From contig JABBOV010000005.1 of assembly GCA_012927625.1 (NCBI GenBank), positions 1,691 through 65,690 on the forward strand: DNA of 64,000 nucleotides. Direction: 5' to 3'. Position 1 is the stretch's first letter, and every line of letters starts with the position of its first letter. The notes beneath the pieces were generated by a model, which saw only the letters and a program-made list of their open reading frames with translations, was not told the origin of the DNA and searched no databases. This document shows, in pieces, positions 1 through 7,731 of this stretch. The DNA comes from Glaciimonas sp. GTDB taxonomy: Bacteria > Pseudomonadota > Gammaproteobacteria > Burkholderiales > Burkholderiaceae_D. Position numbers and translations under genes: made by a program.

Positions 1-605
1 CGTTCCGGCACCTGACCGAAGCGGTTACACCACAGCACCCGGAAACCGAAAGCCTTGGCCGAGAAGGCATCCCAGCTATTCGAGGACAGAAAGCAGATAT
101 TCCCGGGCGGAATCTGGAGCCGGTCGGCGACAAGCTGATATACCGATGGGTGCGGCTTGTAGACGCCGACCTCCTCCACCGACAGTACCGCGTCGAATAG
201 ATTGTCAAGGCCGGCGTTACGCACCGCCGACGCCAGCATTCTCGGCGTGCCGTTGGACAGGATGGCGAGCTTCATGCCGCCTGCTTTCAGGCGCTGCAAG
301 GTGTCCGGCACCTCTGGATACGCTGCAAGACCGAGATAAAGTTGCATCAGGCGATCGCGCAAACCGGCGTTGGCAATATCGAGCGTCGTCATCGCGTAAT
401 CCAGCGCATCGCCGGTGACCTGCCAAAAGTCGGCATGGTGTCCGGCCAGGCCGCGCAACCAGGTGTATTGCAGCTGCTTGGTACGCCACAAATCCGACAG
501 CGCCAGCCAGTGCTCGCCAAGTTCGTCCCTGGCGCCATGGGCCACGCTGCTGACATCGAACAGCGTGCCGTAGGCATCGAATACGCAGGCTTCAATGCCG
601 GTCAT
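1..605 (-). CDS. Haloacid dehalogenase type II (HAD superfamily); C-terminal end runs off the left edge
   Basis: Absent from the ORF track because it is open at the window edge. My translation from the ATG (rc of 603-605) gives MTGIEACVFDAYGTLFDVSSVA...LAILSNGTPRMLASAV...GVYKPHPSVYQLV...FLSSNSWDAFSAKAFGFRVLWCNR. This shows HAD motif I DxYGTLFD, the SNG motif and the VYKPxP motif. Confidence 0.8.
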   Translation of the reverse strand, partial: MTGIEACVFDAYGTLFDVSSVAHGARDELGEHWLALSDLWRTKQLQYTWLRGLAGHHADFWQVTGDALDYAMTTLDIANAGLRDRLMQLYLGLAAYPEVPDTLQRLKAGGMKLAILSNGTPRMLASAVRNAGLDNLFDAVLSVEEVGVYKPHPSVYQLVADRLQIPPGNICFLSSNSWDAFSAKAFGFRVLWCNRFGQVPE

Positions 606-616
606 TGTTTGATTAT

Positions 617-1012
617 TCATGATGCAGATACTCCCAAATCAGGTGTGACTTGCAGCCCCTCCAGCAGCTTGTTGAAGCCGCTGAACAAATCCACTACCGA
701 CATCAACTCAACCAGCTCATCTCCGCAGCCCATGCCCTTGAGGGCTGCGGTATGCGCACTAACGCAGTAGTCGCAGCCATTGACGGCGGAAACCGCCACG
801 GCAATCATTTCCTTGGTCTTGCGGTTGATAAGGCCCGGCCCCATGACCACTTTCACACGCTCCCAGCTGGCCTTCAGGTAACTCGGGTTGTGGGCCATGA
901 CCTTGAACATGTTGGGTACGAAAGATATCCCAAAAACACTGCCAATTTCCACATAGACCAGTGCGACCCCGGCAGTCGCATTTTGTTCGTCAACAAGGGT
1001 AACTGTTGTCAT
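617..1012 (-). CDS. Carboxymuconolactone decarboxylase / AhpD-like family protein
   Basis: 131-aa ORF carrying the AhpD-type CxxC motif (NGCDYCVSAHTAALKG). Separated by 11 nt from the HAD gene on the same strand. Confidence 0.8.
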   Translation of the reverse strand: MTTVTLVDEQNATAGVALVYVEIGSVFGISFVPNMFKVMAHNPSYLKASWERVKVVMGPGLINRKTKEMIAVAVSAVNGCDYCVSAHTAALKGMGCGDELVELMSVVDLFSGFNKLLEGLQVTPDLGVSAS

Positions 1013-1090
1013 TGATTCTCCATGCAGTTAAAAAAATCGGCTGTCATGCAGCCGATAAATCGTTCAAATAAGTGTCATGGCACTGCGCGA

Positions 1091-1657
1091 TCAGTCTACC
1101 TTGTAGGCTGCAAACTTTTCGTCAACAGTGGTGCCGAAAGCCTGATTGCTGTAGTTGCTCAACACTTTGACCGATGCGGCCAACACGATATAGAGCAGGT
1201 CGCTTTCCTGGTATCCGGCGTCCAGAAAAGCCTTGACTACCGCATGATCCGGCTGGCCATGTTTGGCAACCATTTCCACCGCCATTGCAGACAGCGCTGC
1301 CAGCTTTGGGTCCGGAATCGGCTGGTTTGCACGAATCGCCTGCAGAACGTCTTTCGGCACGCCTGACATCTTATCGGCAATCATGCTGTGCGCTGCGGTG
1401 CAGTAGTCACAACCGTTGTATTTGCTTACGGAAAGAAATACTACTTCCTGCTCAGCGGAGGTAAAACCCGATTCTTTGCGAAACAAATCGTAGCCGTGCA
1501 GATAGGTGCTGAGCATGCCCGGGGCATTAGCCATGTTGGCGTACATGTTGGGGATAAAGCCGAGTGATTTGAGTGCCTTGTCGAGAACTTCTTTTTGGGC
1601 GCCGGTTGCGCTGGCATGGTCGACCGGGACAATATTGTGAATGATGGTTTTGGACAT
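1091..1657 (-). CDS. Carboxymuconolactone decarboxylase / AhpD-like family protein (second copy)
   Basis: ORF with YNGCDYCTAAHS motif. Start moved to MSKTIIHN (rc ATG at 1655-1657), which is preceded by a GGAGA ribosome-binding site. Confidence 0.75.
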   Translation of the reverse strand: MSKTIIHNIVPVDHASATGAQKEVLDKALKSLGFIPNMYANMANAPGMLSTYLHGYDLFRKESGFTSAEQEVVFLSVSKYNGCDYCTAAHSMIADKMSGVPKDVLQAIRANQPIPDPKLAALSAMAVEMVAKHGQPDHAVVKAFLDAGYQESDLLYIVLAASVKVLSNYSNQAFGTTVDEKFAAYKVD

Positions 1658-1777
1658 GGATGTTTCTCCTGAAAAGCCCGCACACACTGTTGGCAGGAAG
1701 AGGATTCTTCCTGCTTCGCAGTGCGATGCTTGATCCTAATCGGTATGCACTTTTAGTTGTGAACCGAGCGTCTCGTT

Positions 1778-2638
1778 TTAATGTCCAGGCGTTTCAGCTT
1801 GCGATGATCGGTCCATTTCCTGTTGCGCGTTGCGCCATTCGCCAGGAGAGCAGCCCAACTTGCGGACAAAGACGCGGGTCAATGCGCTGGCGCTGCCGTA
1901 GCCGACATCGTAAGCAACGTGCTTGAGTTGCAAGCCTTGTCTCAACAAACGCTGCGCATGCATGAGCCGCCAGGAGGCCAGGTAGTTGGCCGGGGTTTCG
2001 CCCGTGATTTCCCGGAAGTGGACCGCAAAGCGTGCGCGTGACATGCCCGCCAGAGTCGCCATCTCCGACAGCGTCCAGGCACGGGCGGAATCCTCATGAA
2101 TGGCCAGCAGCGCTTTGGCCAGGCGCTTGTCGGCAAGGCCAGCCAGGGTGCCGCCTTGCGTCAACCCCTGATCGATGCAGTAGCGCAGCAATCGAATCAT
2201 CAGCACTTCGCACAAGCGGTCCAGCACTGCCTGGCGGCCGGACTGCTCGGAAAACGCTTCGTCGAACATCAGGCTCATCAAAGCGTCCACGCCGGGCAGT
2301 GCCGCCAGCGCCACCAAGACGACGTCCGGCAGCGAATCTGTGATCGGGTTGTGTCCTCCGCCACCGAACTGCACCGTGCCGCAGACCACATCGGATCCCG
2401 CCCGGCTCTCTGCAAGCAGGCGGTGTGTCTGCGGCCGCGGCAGGAACAGGAGGGTCGGCTCGGCGATGTTTAAAACGTTTTGTTGCACCCCGGTGACCTG
2501 CACCGATCCGCGCCGGATCAAGTGAAGATGGCCCCGCAATGGGTCCTGCTCGAAGTCATGGATGCCGCAGATGTTGCCGGTGTAGAAAACCCCGGCATGC
2601 AAGGAGAAGTAGCTCAGCAGTGTGGTCAGTTGGTCCAT
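1778..2638 (-). CDS. AraC family transcriptional regulator (cupin-like N-terminus plus HTH)
   Basis: 286-aa ORF. The C-terminal part (WTLSEMATLAGMSRARFAVHFREITGETPANYLASWRLMHAQRLL...VAYDVGYGSASALTRVFVRKLGCSPGEW) is a typical double AraC helix-turn-helix. Confidence 0.85.
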   Translation of the reverse strand: MDQLTTLLSYFSLHAGVFYTGNICGIHDFEQDPLRGHLHLIRRGSVQVTGVQQNVLNIAEPTLLFLPRPQTHRLLAESRAGSDVVCGTVQFGGGGHNPITDSLPDVVLVALAALPGVDALMSLMFDEAFSEQSGRQAVLDRLCEVLMIRLLRYCIDQGLTQGGTLAGLADKRLAKALLAIHEDSARAWTLSEMATLAGMSRARFAVHFREITGETPANYLASWRLMHAQRLLRQGLQLKHVAYDVGYGSASALTRVFVRKLGCSPGEWRNAQQEMDRSSQAETPGH

Positions 2639-2754
2639 GGCGCAAACGCGTGATAGTACCCATTTCTTAAGCAGGACGTATCGGAATCCGACATTCCCGG
2701 CCGCACTTGTCGGGTTACGCGATGAAGCCGCTAACCCAACCTAAAATATCATCA

Positions 2755-2812
2755 GTATATTTAATATCGCATTAAATATATGCGGAAAATTGCATATAAA
2801 TTGCCATACTCT
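2755..2812 (+). repeat. Three-box AT-rich intergenic repeat, copy A
   Basis: GTATATTTA-N16-ATGCGG-N19-CATACTCT. Same box order and spacing as the copies at 24297, 31079, 45146 and 61895. Confidence 0.75.
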
Positions 2813-2849
2813 GTGTTTTTTTGAAATTATTCATGGCCCGCATGACAGC

Positions 2850-3053
2850 CTATTCGTCAGACTGGTCGCGGCGCTGATCCGGCCTTTTGGCGTACGTGTG
2901 CGCTATGTGGCGCAGCGTATGCATCTGCTTGCCAAAGTTGCGGCAACCGGAGCACATCATCACATGCACTTTGAGCGACATGCGCTCTTGCAGCGTCAGC
3001 GCTCGCTCCTGCGACTCCGAGTACAGACGGGTAACTTGCTGACAGTTCAGCAT
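2850..3053 (-). CDS. Zinc-binding anti-sigma factor (ZAS type, small and cytoplasmic)
   Basis: MLNCQQVTRLYSE...KVHVMMCSGCRNF contains the H-x3-C-x2-C ZAS motif. No transmembrane segment is visible. The start overlaps the sigma-factor stop by 7 nt. Confidence 0.7.
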   Translation of the reverse strand: MLNCQQVTRLYSESQERALTLQERMSLKVHVMMCSGCRNFGKQMHTLRHIAHTYAKRPDQRRDQSDE

Positions 3054-3679
3054 GACTTTTCCCCTTTCACAAACCATTTTATTTCAAGGCATTCGCGCAA
3101 GCGGATGCGGGCGCGGTGCAACATCACGTTGAGGTTGCTGACAGTGATGCCGATGGTGGCGCAGATCTCATTGGAATCGAGCTCGACAAATTCACGCATC
3201 ATGAAGACCCGCGCCTGATTGCCGGGCAAGTTTTCCAGACAGGCTTCAAACACGCGCCAGAACTGGCCTTCCCGCAAGGATTCCTCGGGATTGGCCCATG
3301 CTGCAGGACGCTGGTCCGGCTGCCAGAAGCCTTTTTTGTCGAACAGTTCCGAAAAATCCTCGTCCTCCTCGCCCTCGCGCAACAGGCTGCTGGCATTCAC
3401 CAGGCGTTGCTTTTGCCGCAATACATCGGCGATTTTATTCTTGAGGATCGCGAACACCCAAGTCTTCAATGCTGCCCGTGCGCCGAATGACTTGGCATTC
3501 TTGAGTGCGCCGATCAGCGCTTCCTGCACGGCGTCCTCGGCAAGCGATGCATCGGATAATTGCAGGGTGGCAAATTTAAGCATCTGGCGCCGCAAGCTTT
3601 CCAGAAATGCGGTATCGGACAGCAGCGATGCGTGCTCCAGTGTTGGATCGCCAGCACCCAGTGTTTCTTCATTCCTCAT
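3047..3679 (-). CDS. ECF (sigma-70 family, group IV) RNA polymerase sigma factor
   Basis: Region 2 (DAVQEALIGALKN...TWVFAILKNKIADVLR) and region 4 (LPGNQARVFMMREFVELDSNEICATIGITVSNLNVMLHRARIRLRE). Start set at MRNEETLG, which is preceded by AGGAGG. Confidence 0.85.
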   Translation of the reverse strand: MRNEETLGAGDPTLEHASLLSDTAFLESLRRQMLKFATLQLSDASLAEDAVQEALIGALKNAKSFGARAALKTWVFAILKNKIADVLRQKQRLVNASSLLREGEEDEDFSELFDKKGFWQPDQRPAAWANPEESLREGQFWRVFEACLENLPGNQARVFMMREFVELDSNEICATIGITVSNLNVMLHRARIRLRECLEIKWFVKGEKSC

Positions 3680-3896
3680 CTTCCCTCCTGGTGATTTCAT
3701 TCTTTGCTGCACTATAGCTGGCAACGCAGTAGGGAACAAAATAATTCAGCAGCAGGTGAAACCATGAGATACCGAAGCCAAGCAGAATCGCGCCGCTCTG
3801 ATTGACCAGGTTCAGCACCGTTCCAACCACCAAGGCGATGCGCAATGCGCTATACGCAATTCGGGCCGAGCAGGCAATTCGGAGCAAAGATTTCAT
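3669..3896 (-). CDS. Small membrane protein, NrtS-like (nitrate/nitrite transporter NrtS family)
   Basis: 75 aa with two hydrophobic helices. The pattern IACS...ALVVGTVLNLVNQ...VPYCVASYSA matches my recollection of NrtS-family proteins. ATGA overlap with the upstream gene and an 11-nt overlap with the sigma gene. Confidence 0.6.
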   Translation of the reverse strand: MKSLLRIACSARIAYSALRIALVVGTVLNLVNQSGAILLGFGISWFHLLLNYFVPYCVASYSAAKNEITRREDEE

Positions 3897-4852
3897 CGGC
3901 TGTTCTTCATCGGTATCGGTATCGCCATCGCCTTCATCAAGTCGGCAACCGGCAATGCCTCCACCGTCGCACGTACGGTGCGCGCAATCAGTGCGGCGTC
4001 AAGCTCGGGTTCCAGATTGGCAGCTTTTCCCCGTTTGCCGCTAGGGGTCGCCACCAGACGGTTATCGTGCGTTTTCAGTATGTATTCGCCACCGCAATTG
4101 CGGCAGTAGATAGGATCACCCTGATGGTGATCGGGACGCGTCACCAGGGTGGGGCCGCATATTAAACAGGATTGCAGCGGAATTCCGTCATCGCTATGGC
4201 CCATCACATGATCCAGACGGCCCGCCACGCCCAGCGCGATGAATGCGTCGGCAAAATGCGCGTCAAACTGGCTTGCGCGAAATTCGCCGATGATGGCGAT
4301 GGCCTGGTCGCGCGGCATGCCGGCGCGATACGGTCGATGACTGGTCATCGCGTCAAACGCGTCGCAGATGCCAACGATACGCGCCATATCCGGGACCGCA
4401 TCGCCAGCCAGTCCGCGCGGATAGCCTTTGCCGTCAGGACGTTCGTGATGCAATAGCACGGCGTCGCTAACGAGTTGGGCCAGCGGGTGCCCGGACAGCA
4501 TCCGCAAGCCGATATCAGGATGAGTCTTGATGACCGCATATTCATCATCGGTCAGCCGATCCGGCTTGCGCAGAATCGCATCGGGCACCCCCACTTTACC
4601 CAGATCATGCAAGAACCCGCCCAGGCTGATCCGGGCCGCGTCGGCCTTGCTGAAGCCGGCGCTTTCGGCCAGCAGCAGCGCATAGCGGGATACCCGCCAC
4701 AGATGCCCGCCGGTATACGGGTCGCGGGCCTCGACGAACCAGGCCATGGTCAGCAGACTGGCCAGCAAATCATGGGAATGAGAAGCTGCACCGGCCGTGT
4801 CGCCGCAATCTTGCGGCGTCAGCCAGTGTCCCAATTGTCTGAATACATTCAT
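3893..4852 (-). CDS. HD-GYP domain protein (probable c-di-GMP phosphodiesterase) with C-terminal zinc-ribbon extension
   Basis: HDLGKVGVPDAILRKP...HHERPDGKGYP are the HD and GYP signatures. Start set at MNVFRQLG (rc ATG at 4850-4852), giving an ATGA overlap with the upstream gene. The C-terminus carries CLICG...CRNCG. Confidence 0.85.
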   Translation of the reverse strand: MNVFRQLGHWLTPQDCGDTAGAASHSHDLLASLLTMAWFVEARDPYTGGHLWRVSRYALLLAESAGFSKADAARISLGGFLHDLGKVGVPDAILRKPDRLTDDEYAVIKTHPDIGLRMLSGHPLAQLVSDAVLLHHERPDGKGYPRGLAGDAVPDMARIVGICDAFDAMTSHRPYRAGMPRDQAIAIIGEFRASQFDAHFADAFIALGVAGRLDHVMGHSDDGIPLQSCLICGPTLVTRPDHHQGDPIYCRNCGGEYILKTHDNRLVATPSGKRGKAANLEPELDAALIARTVRATVEALPVADLMKAMAIPIPMKNSR

Positions 4853-5991
4853 GATGTTTCCTCCGCCGCCGCTATATCGTGTCGTCGCCCCGGGTCTGAA
4901 AAGCGCGCAATAAAGCCACGGTCGATGCGGTCTTTCCAGCGCCACACCCATTCGCCTTCAGCACTGAAGCCGCCCCAGGATGCAATGCCGTACTGCGCGC
5001 CGCAGGCCAGCAAATACAGCGAGCGGCGGCGTGGCTGGTAGGATGCCAGTGGTTTGCCCGCCAGCGTCGCCAGCAGATTCGCAGCCAGCGCCGGGCCGGC
5101 ATGCACCGCATGCACTCCCGAGCGCGCCATCGCCAGGTCTTGCCGGGCGCAGACATCGCCTGCGGCAAAGACATTCGGATGCGAGAGACTGCGATGATGT
5201 GCATCGACAGCGATGTAGCCGTTTTCGTCCAGCCTCAGTCCGGTGGGTTGCAGCCAGACCGGCGCTCGTGCGCCGGTGGCGGCAATCACCCTGTCTGCGG
5301 GCAACAGGGTGCCGTCCGACAGCAACACGCCTTGCTCTACCCCAACTGCTCTCAGAGGATGTACAAAGACGCCGGCCCTGGCCAAAAAACGCCTCATGCG
5401 GCGCTGTGCGCCAGGGGCGTGTCCCGCCAGCAGGCCGGCCTCGGAAACCACCAGATCCACGCGTGCGTCAATCTCAGCGCGTGCGAACGCATGGCGTGCG
5501 GCCAGCGCAAGTTCCACCCCGGCGGCACCGCCGCCCACCAGCACCAGACGATAACCCGGCCGCTCCCTTGCAACGGCCATTAGCCGCGGCCATGCTTTGA
5601 AAAAACCGTCGAGCGGCTTGACCGGCAACAGCTTATCACCCGTCATCTCCAGCCATGACGCATCGATCTCGCTGCCGACATCCAGTGACAGCAGATCGTA
5701 TTCAATCTGCCGGCCATCCGGCAAGCCCACGCAACGCCGGCCGGCATCCATGCCTGTGACGCGATTCGCTACCATGCGTACCTGCGCCGCCTGCGCCAGC
5801 GGCTGCAAATCGATCTGACACTGTGGCTGCGTGTAATGTCCCGCCATCCAGCCCGGCAACATGCCGGAGTAATTCTGGTGCGAGTTTGGTGTCACCAGCA
5901 CGACTTCGACACCCGCCAATTTTTCGCGCGCCAGCGCCTGCAGCACCGAAAGATGCGCATGACCGCCGCCGACCAGAACCAGGCGTTTCAT
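4849..5991 (-). CDS. FAD-dependent pyridine nucleotide-disulfide oxidoreductase (Ndh-like fold)
   Basis: MKRLVLVGGGHAHLSVL is a Rossmann GxGxxG motif. A second dinucleotide motif is LVLVGGGAAGVELA, and GDV lies near the C-terminus. Confidence 0.8.
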   Translation of the reverse strand: MKRLVLVGGGHAHLSVLQALAREKLAGVEVVLVTPNSHQNYSGMLPGWMAGHYTQPQCQIDLQPLAQAAQVRMVANRVTGMDAGRRCVGLPDGRQIEYDLLSLDVGSEIDASWLEMTGDKLLPVKPLDGFFKAWPRLMAVARERPGYRLVLVGGGAAGVELALAARHAFARAEIDARVDLVVSEAGLLAGHAPGAQRRMRRFLARAGVFVHPLRAVGVEQGVLLSDGTLLPADRVIAATGARAPVWLQPTGLRLDENGYIAVDAHHRSLSHPNVFAAGDVCARQDLAMARSGVHAVHAGPALAANLLATLAGKPLASYQPRRRSLYLLACGAQYGIASWGGFSAEGEWVWRWKDRIDRGFIARFSDPGRRHDIAAAEETS

Positions 5992-6003
5992 CAGGTCACC
6001 CGC

Positions 6004-6459
6004 TTAGCGAAAATGGCGCTGGACCATGCGCGATGCAATCGCACGGCGCGCCGGGTCGGCCAGATCGTCCTTGCTGATATACAGAAAGGTATTCGGATTG
6101 CCAAGCGCTGCCGCGTTTGCATTGCCTGCAGCAACGCCGAGAATCGTGGCTTGAACACCAGCTTGTTTGGCGAGCCGCTCCAGACTGCTTTGCGCCTTAT
6201 CCAACGGCAACATGGCCGCAAACAAAACGGGAATACGAGGAACTCCTTGCCGCAGCCGTGTGAAAACATCGGCTGCAGTCTCACCCAGCGATGAAGATAC
6301 GGCCAGCGAAATCACCACACCGGCGCTGTTTTTAGCCTGTACTGTTAAATCAGCCAGATTTTCCAGCTTGACAGCGGCGTACCCACACTGTTCAAGAAGC
6401 GGTTTCATCTCGGCAGCAATAAATGGATGTGGTCGTGCTAGCAGAACGGACTTGGCCAT
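6004..6459 (-). CDS. Hypothetical protein (151 aa), first gene of the ECF/HD-GYP operon
   Basis: Clean ORF with CGGAG 7 nt upstream of the ATG. It ends 12 nt before the next gene. No motif recognised. Confidence 0.55.
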   Translation of the reverse strand: MAKSVLLARPHPFIAAEMKPLLEQCGYAAVKLENLADLTVQAKNSAGVVISLAVSSSLGETAADVFTRLRQGVPRIPVLFAAMLPLDKAQSSLERLAKQAGVQATILGVAAGNANAAALGNPNTFLYISKDDLADPARRAIASRMVQRHFR

Positions 6460-6509
6460 GTGGGGCTCCGGAATTGTTGTAAGTAAAGTTTAAGTCGGTG
6501 CCGTAGCAT

Positions 6510-6549
6510 GAATTCTTACACTTAAGCACCTAAATTCTTGTAAGAATTT
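6510..6549. promoter_or_regulatory. Candidate operator: ATTCTTA half-sites upstream of the 6459 operon
   Basis: AAATTCTTGTAAGAATTT (6532-6549) has 8-bp inverted arms. A third half-site, GAATTCTTACA, lies at 6510-6520. Both sit 50-90 nt upstream of the operon start on the minus strand. Confidence 0.35.
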
Positions 6550-6602
6550 GGCGTTCTCTGACGACCATGTCAATAAACCCATGTTAAGCAAAGGCATTTA
6601 CT

Positions 6603-7020
6603 ATGCTACAAGCTCTAATCGGCATCATCGGCGGTAGCGGTCTCTAGCACATGGATGCGCTACAGAATGCGACGGAACACCCATTGGACACTCGGTATGG
6701 CAAACCCTCCGATGTGATCTTCACCGGCCTTGTGCATGATGTTCCGGTCGCCTCTGGCTCGCCATGGGCGCGGACATCGATTGATCCCGTCGGAAGTGCC
6801 GTATCGAGCCAATATTTACGCCATGAAGCAAATGGGTGTCCGCTATTTGATCTCGATATCTGCCGTGGGATCGCTACGGGAAGAACTTAAACCGCTCGAA
6901 AGCGAAACTGGCCAGAGAAGCGCAAGTCGCCTATGCTACGCTGACTATGGTGACCGACTTCGACTGCTGGCACCCACGAGAAGCTCACGTCACAGCGGAG
7001 ATGGCGATTGCCAATACATA
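6603..7020 (+). pseudogene. mtnP: S-methyl-5'-thioadenosine phosphorylase remnant (nonsense, frameshift, about 0.3-kb internal deletion, 3' truncation)
   Basis: MLQALIGIIGGSGL then TAG where Tyr is expected. It continues HMDALQNATE...GKPSDVIF...VPVA, shifts frame to [47 protein letters not shown], then jumps in a third frame to [23 protein letters not shown]...[10 protein letters not shown] and stops. Confidence 0.8.
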
Positions 7021-7731
7021 AATGCATTCTGGCCAGAAAAGTCATTTATTCCGATATCGAATGTGCACCAGAAGCAAAAAGCACAACCGTAAAAATTGAA
7101 AATTCTGCAGGCATCGTTAGTCCCGATCGAACAATCGTAAATGCCACAATTGACCGAATAATTGTAGAAAACAGAAAAGCCAGAGAAGAAAAAGGAAATC
7201 AAGTTTCTTCACTTGAAATACCCAAGAAAGTAAACCCATTTTGCAGCAGTTACAAAAAACAAATTCAGTACCTAGATGAACAAGCGACACAGGGAAACAC
7301 ATCATATGTAGCAGGCACAATCAGACAAGCAAGATTAAACATTCGAAAATTACGATTAGAGGGAAATTGCTATAAAAATAATTAAACGTGACGCGTTACA
7401 ATTAATCAAAACGGACAATCAATAACCAGCGCCCCCGTATGCGGCGCAGTCGCCAACCGTACCACCCCCAGATCATTGTTACACCAAGTCTGGACACCTT
7501 CCAGAACGTGCTCAGCAGCCGCAGCAAACGCTAGCGTCGATCTTCCTGCAAGCGTTCAAGTGTACGTTTGATTACTTCTGTCCGGCTAAGGTTGGGTGCG
7601 CGTGATTGCTCATAATTAGCCAACCGAACAGCTTTCGCCAAGACGCATACATTTCGCTTGCCGATGTTGGACTTCGCTTTGCTCCGCACCAACCTACGAT
7701 TAACGCAGATTCTTGCGAGCACGTCATTTAG

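Noticed and set aside
2764-2800. Resemblance of part of the repeat (CCGCATAT ATTTAA TGCGATATTAAAT on the minus strand) to a dif/Xer site.
   Set aside because: The arm spacing is off by 2 nt and the arms match poorly. The sequence occurs in several copies, whereas a chromosome has a single dif site.
4475-5600. Plus-strand ORFs of 103-206 aa (4475-5041, 4980-5600, 5101-5583, 5243-5554).
   Set aside because: All are antisense or out of frame to the HD-GYP and FAD-oxidoreductase genes, with Arg/Pro/Ala-rich shadow composition.
7008-7385. 125-aa plus-strand ORF in the AT-rich block.
   Set aside because: It has no RBS, starts inside the mtnP remnant, and has low-complexity K/E/N-rich composition that simply mirrors the A-rich strand. 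It is reported as a compositional anomaly, not as a gene.
7531-7722. 63-aa minus-strand ORF.
   Set aside because: No recognisable motif or RBS, and it lies in decayed DNA next to the pseudogene. The evidence is insufficient.
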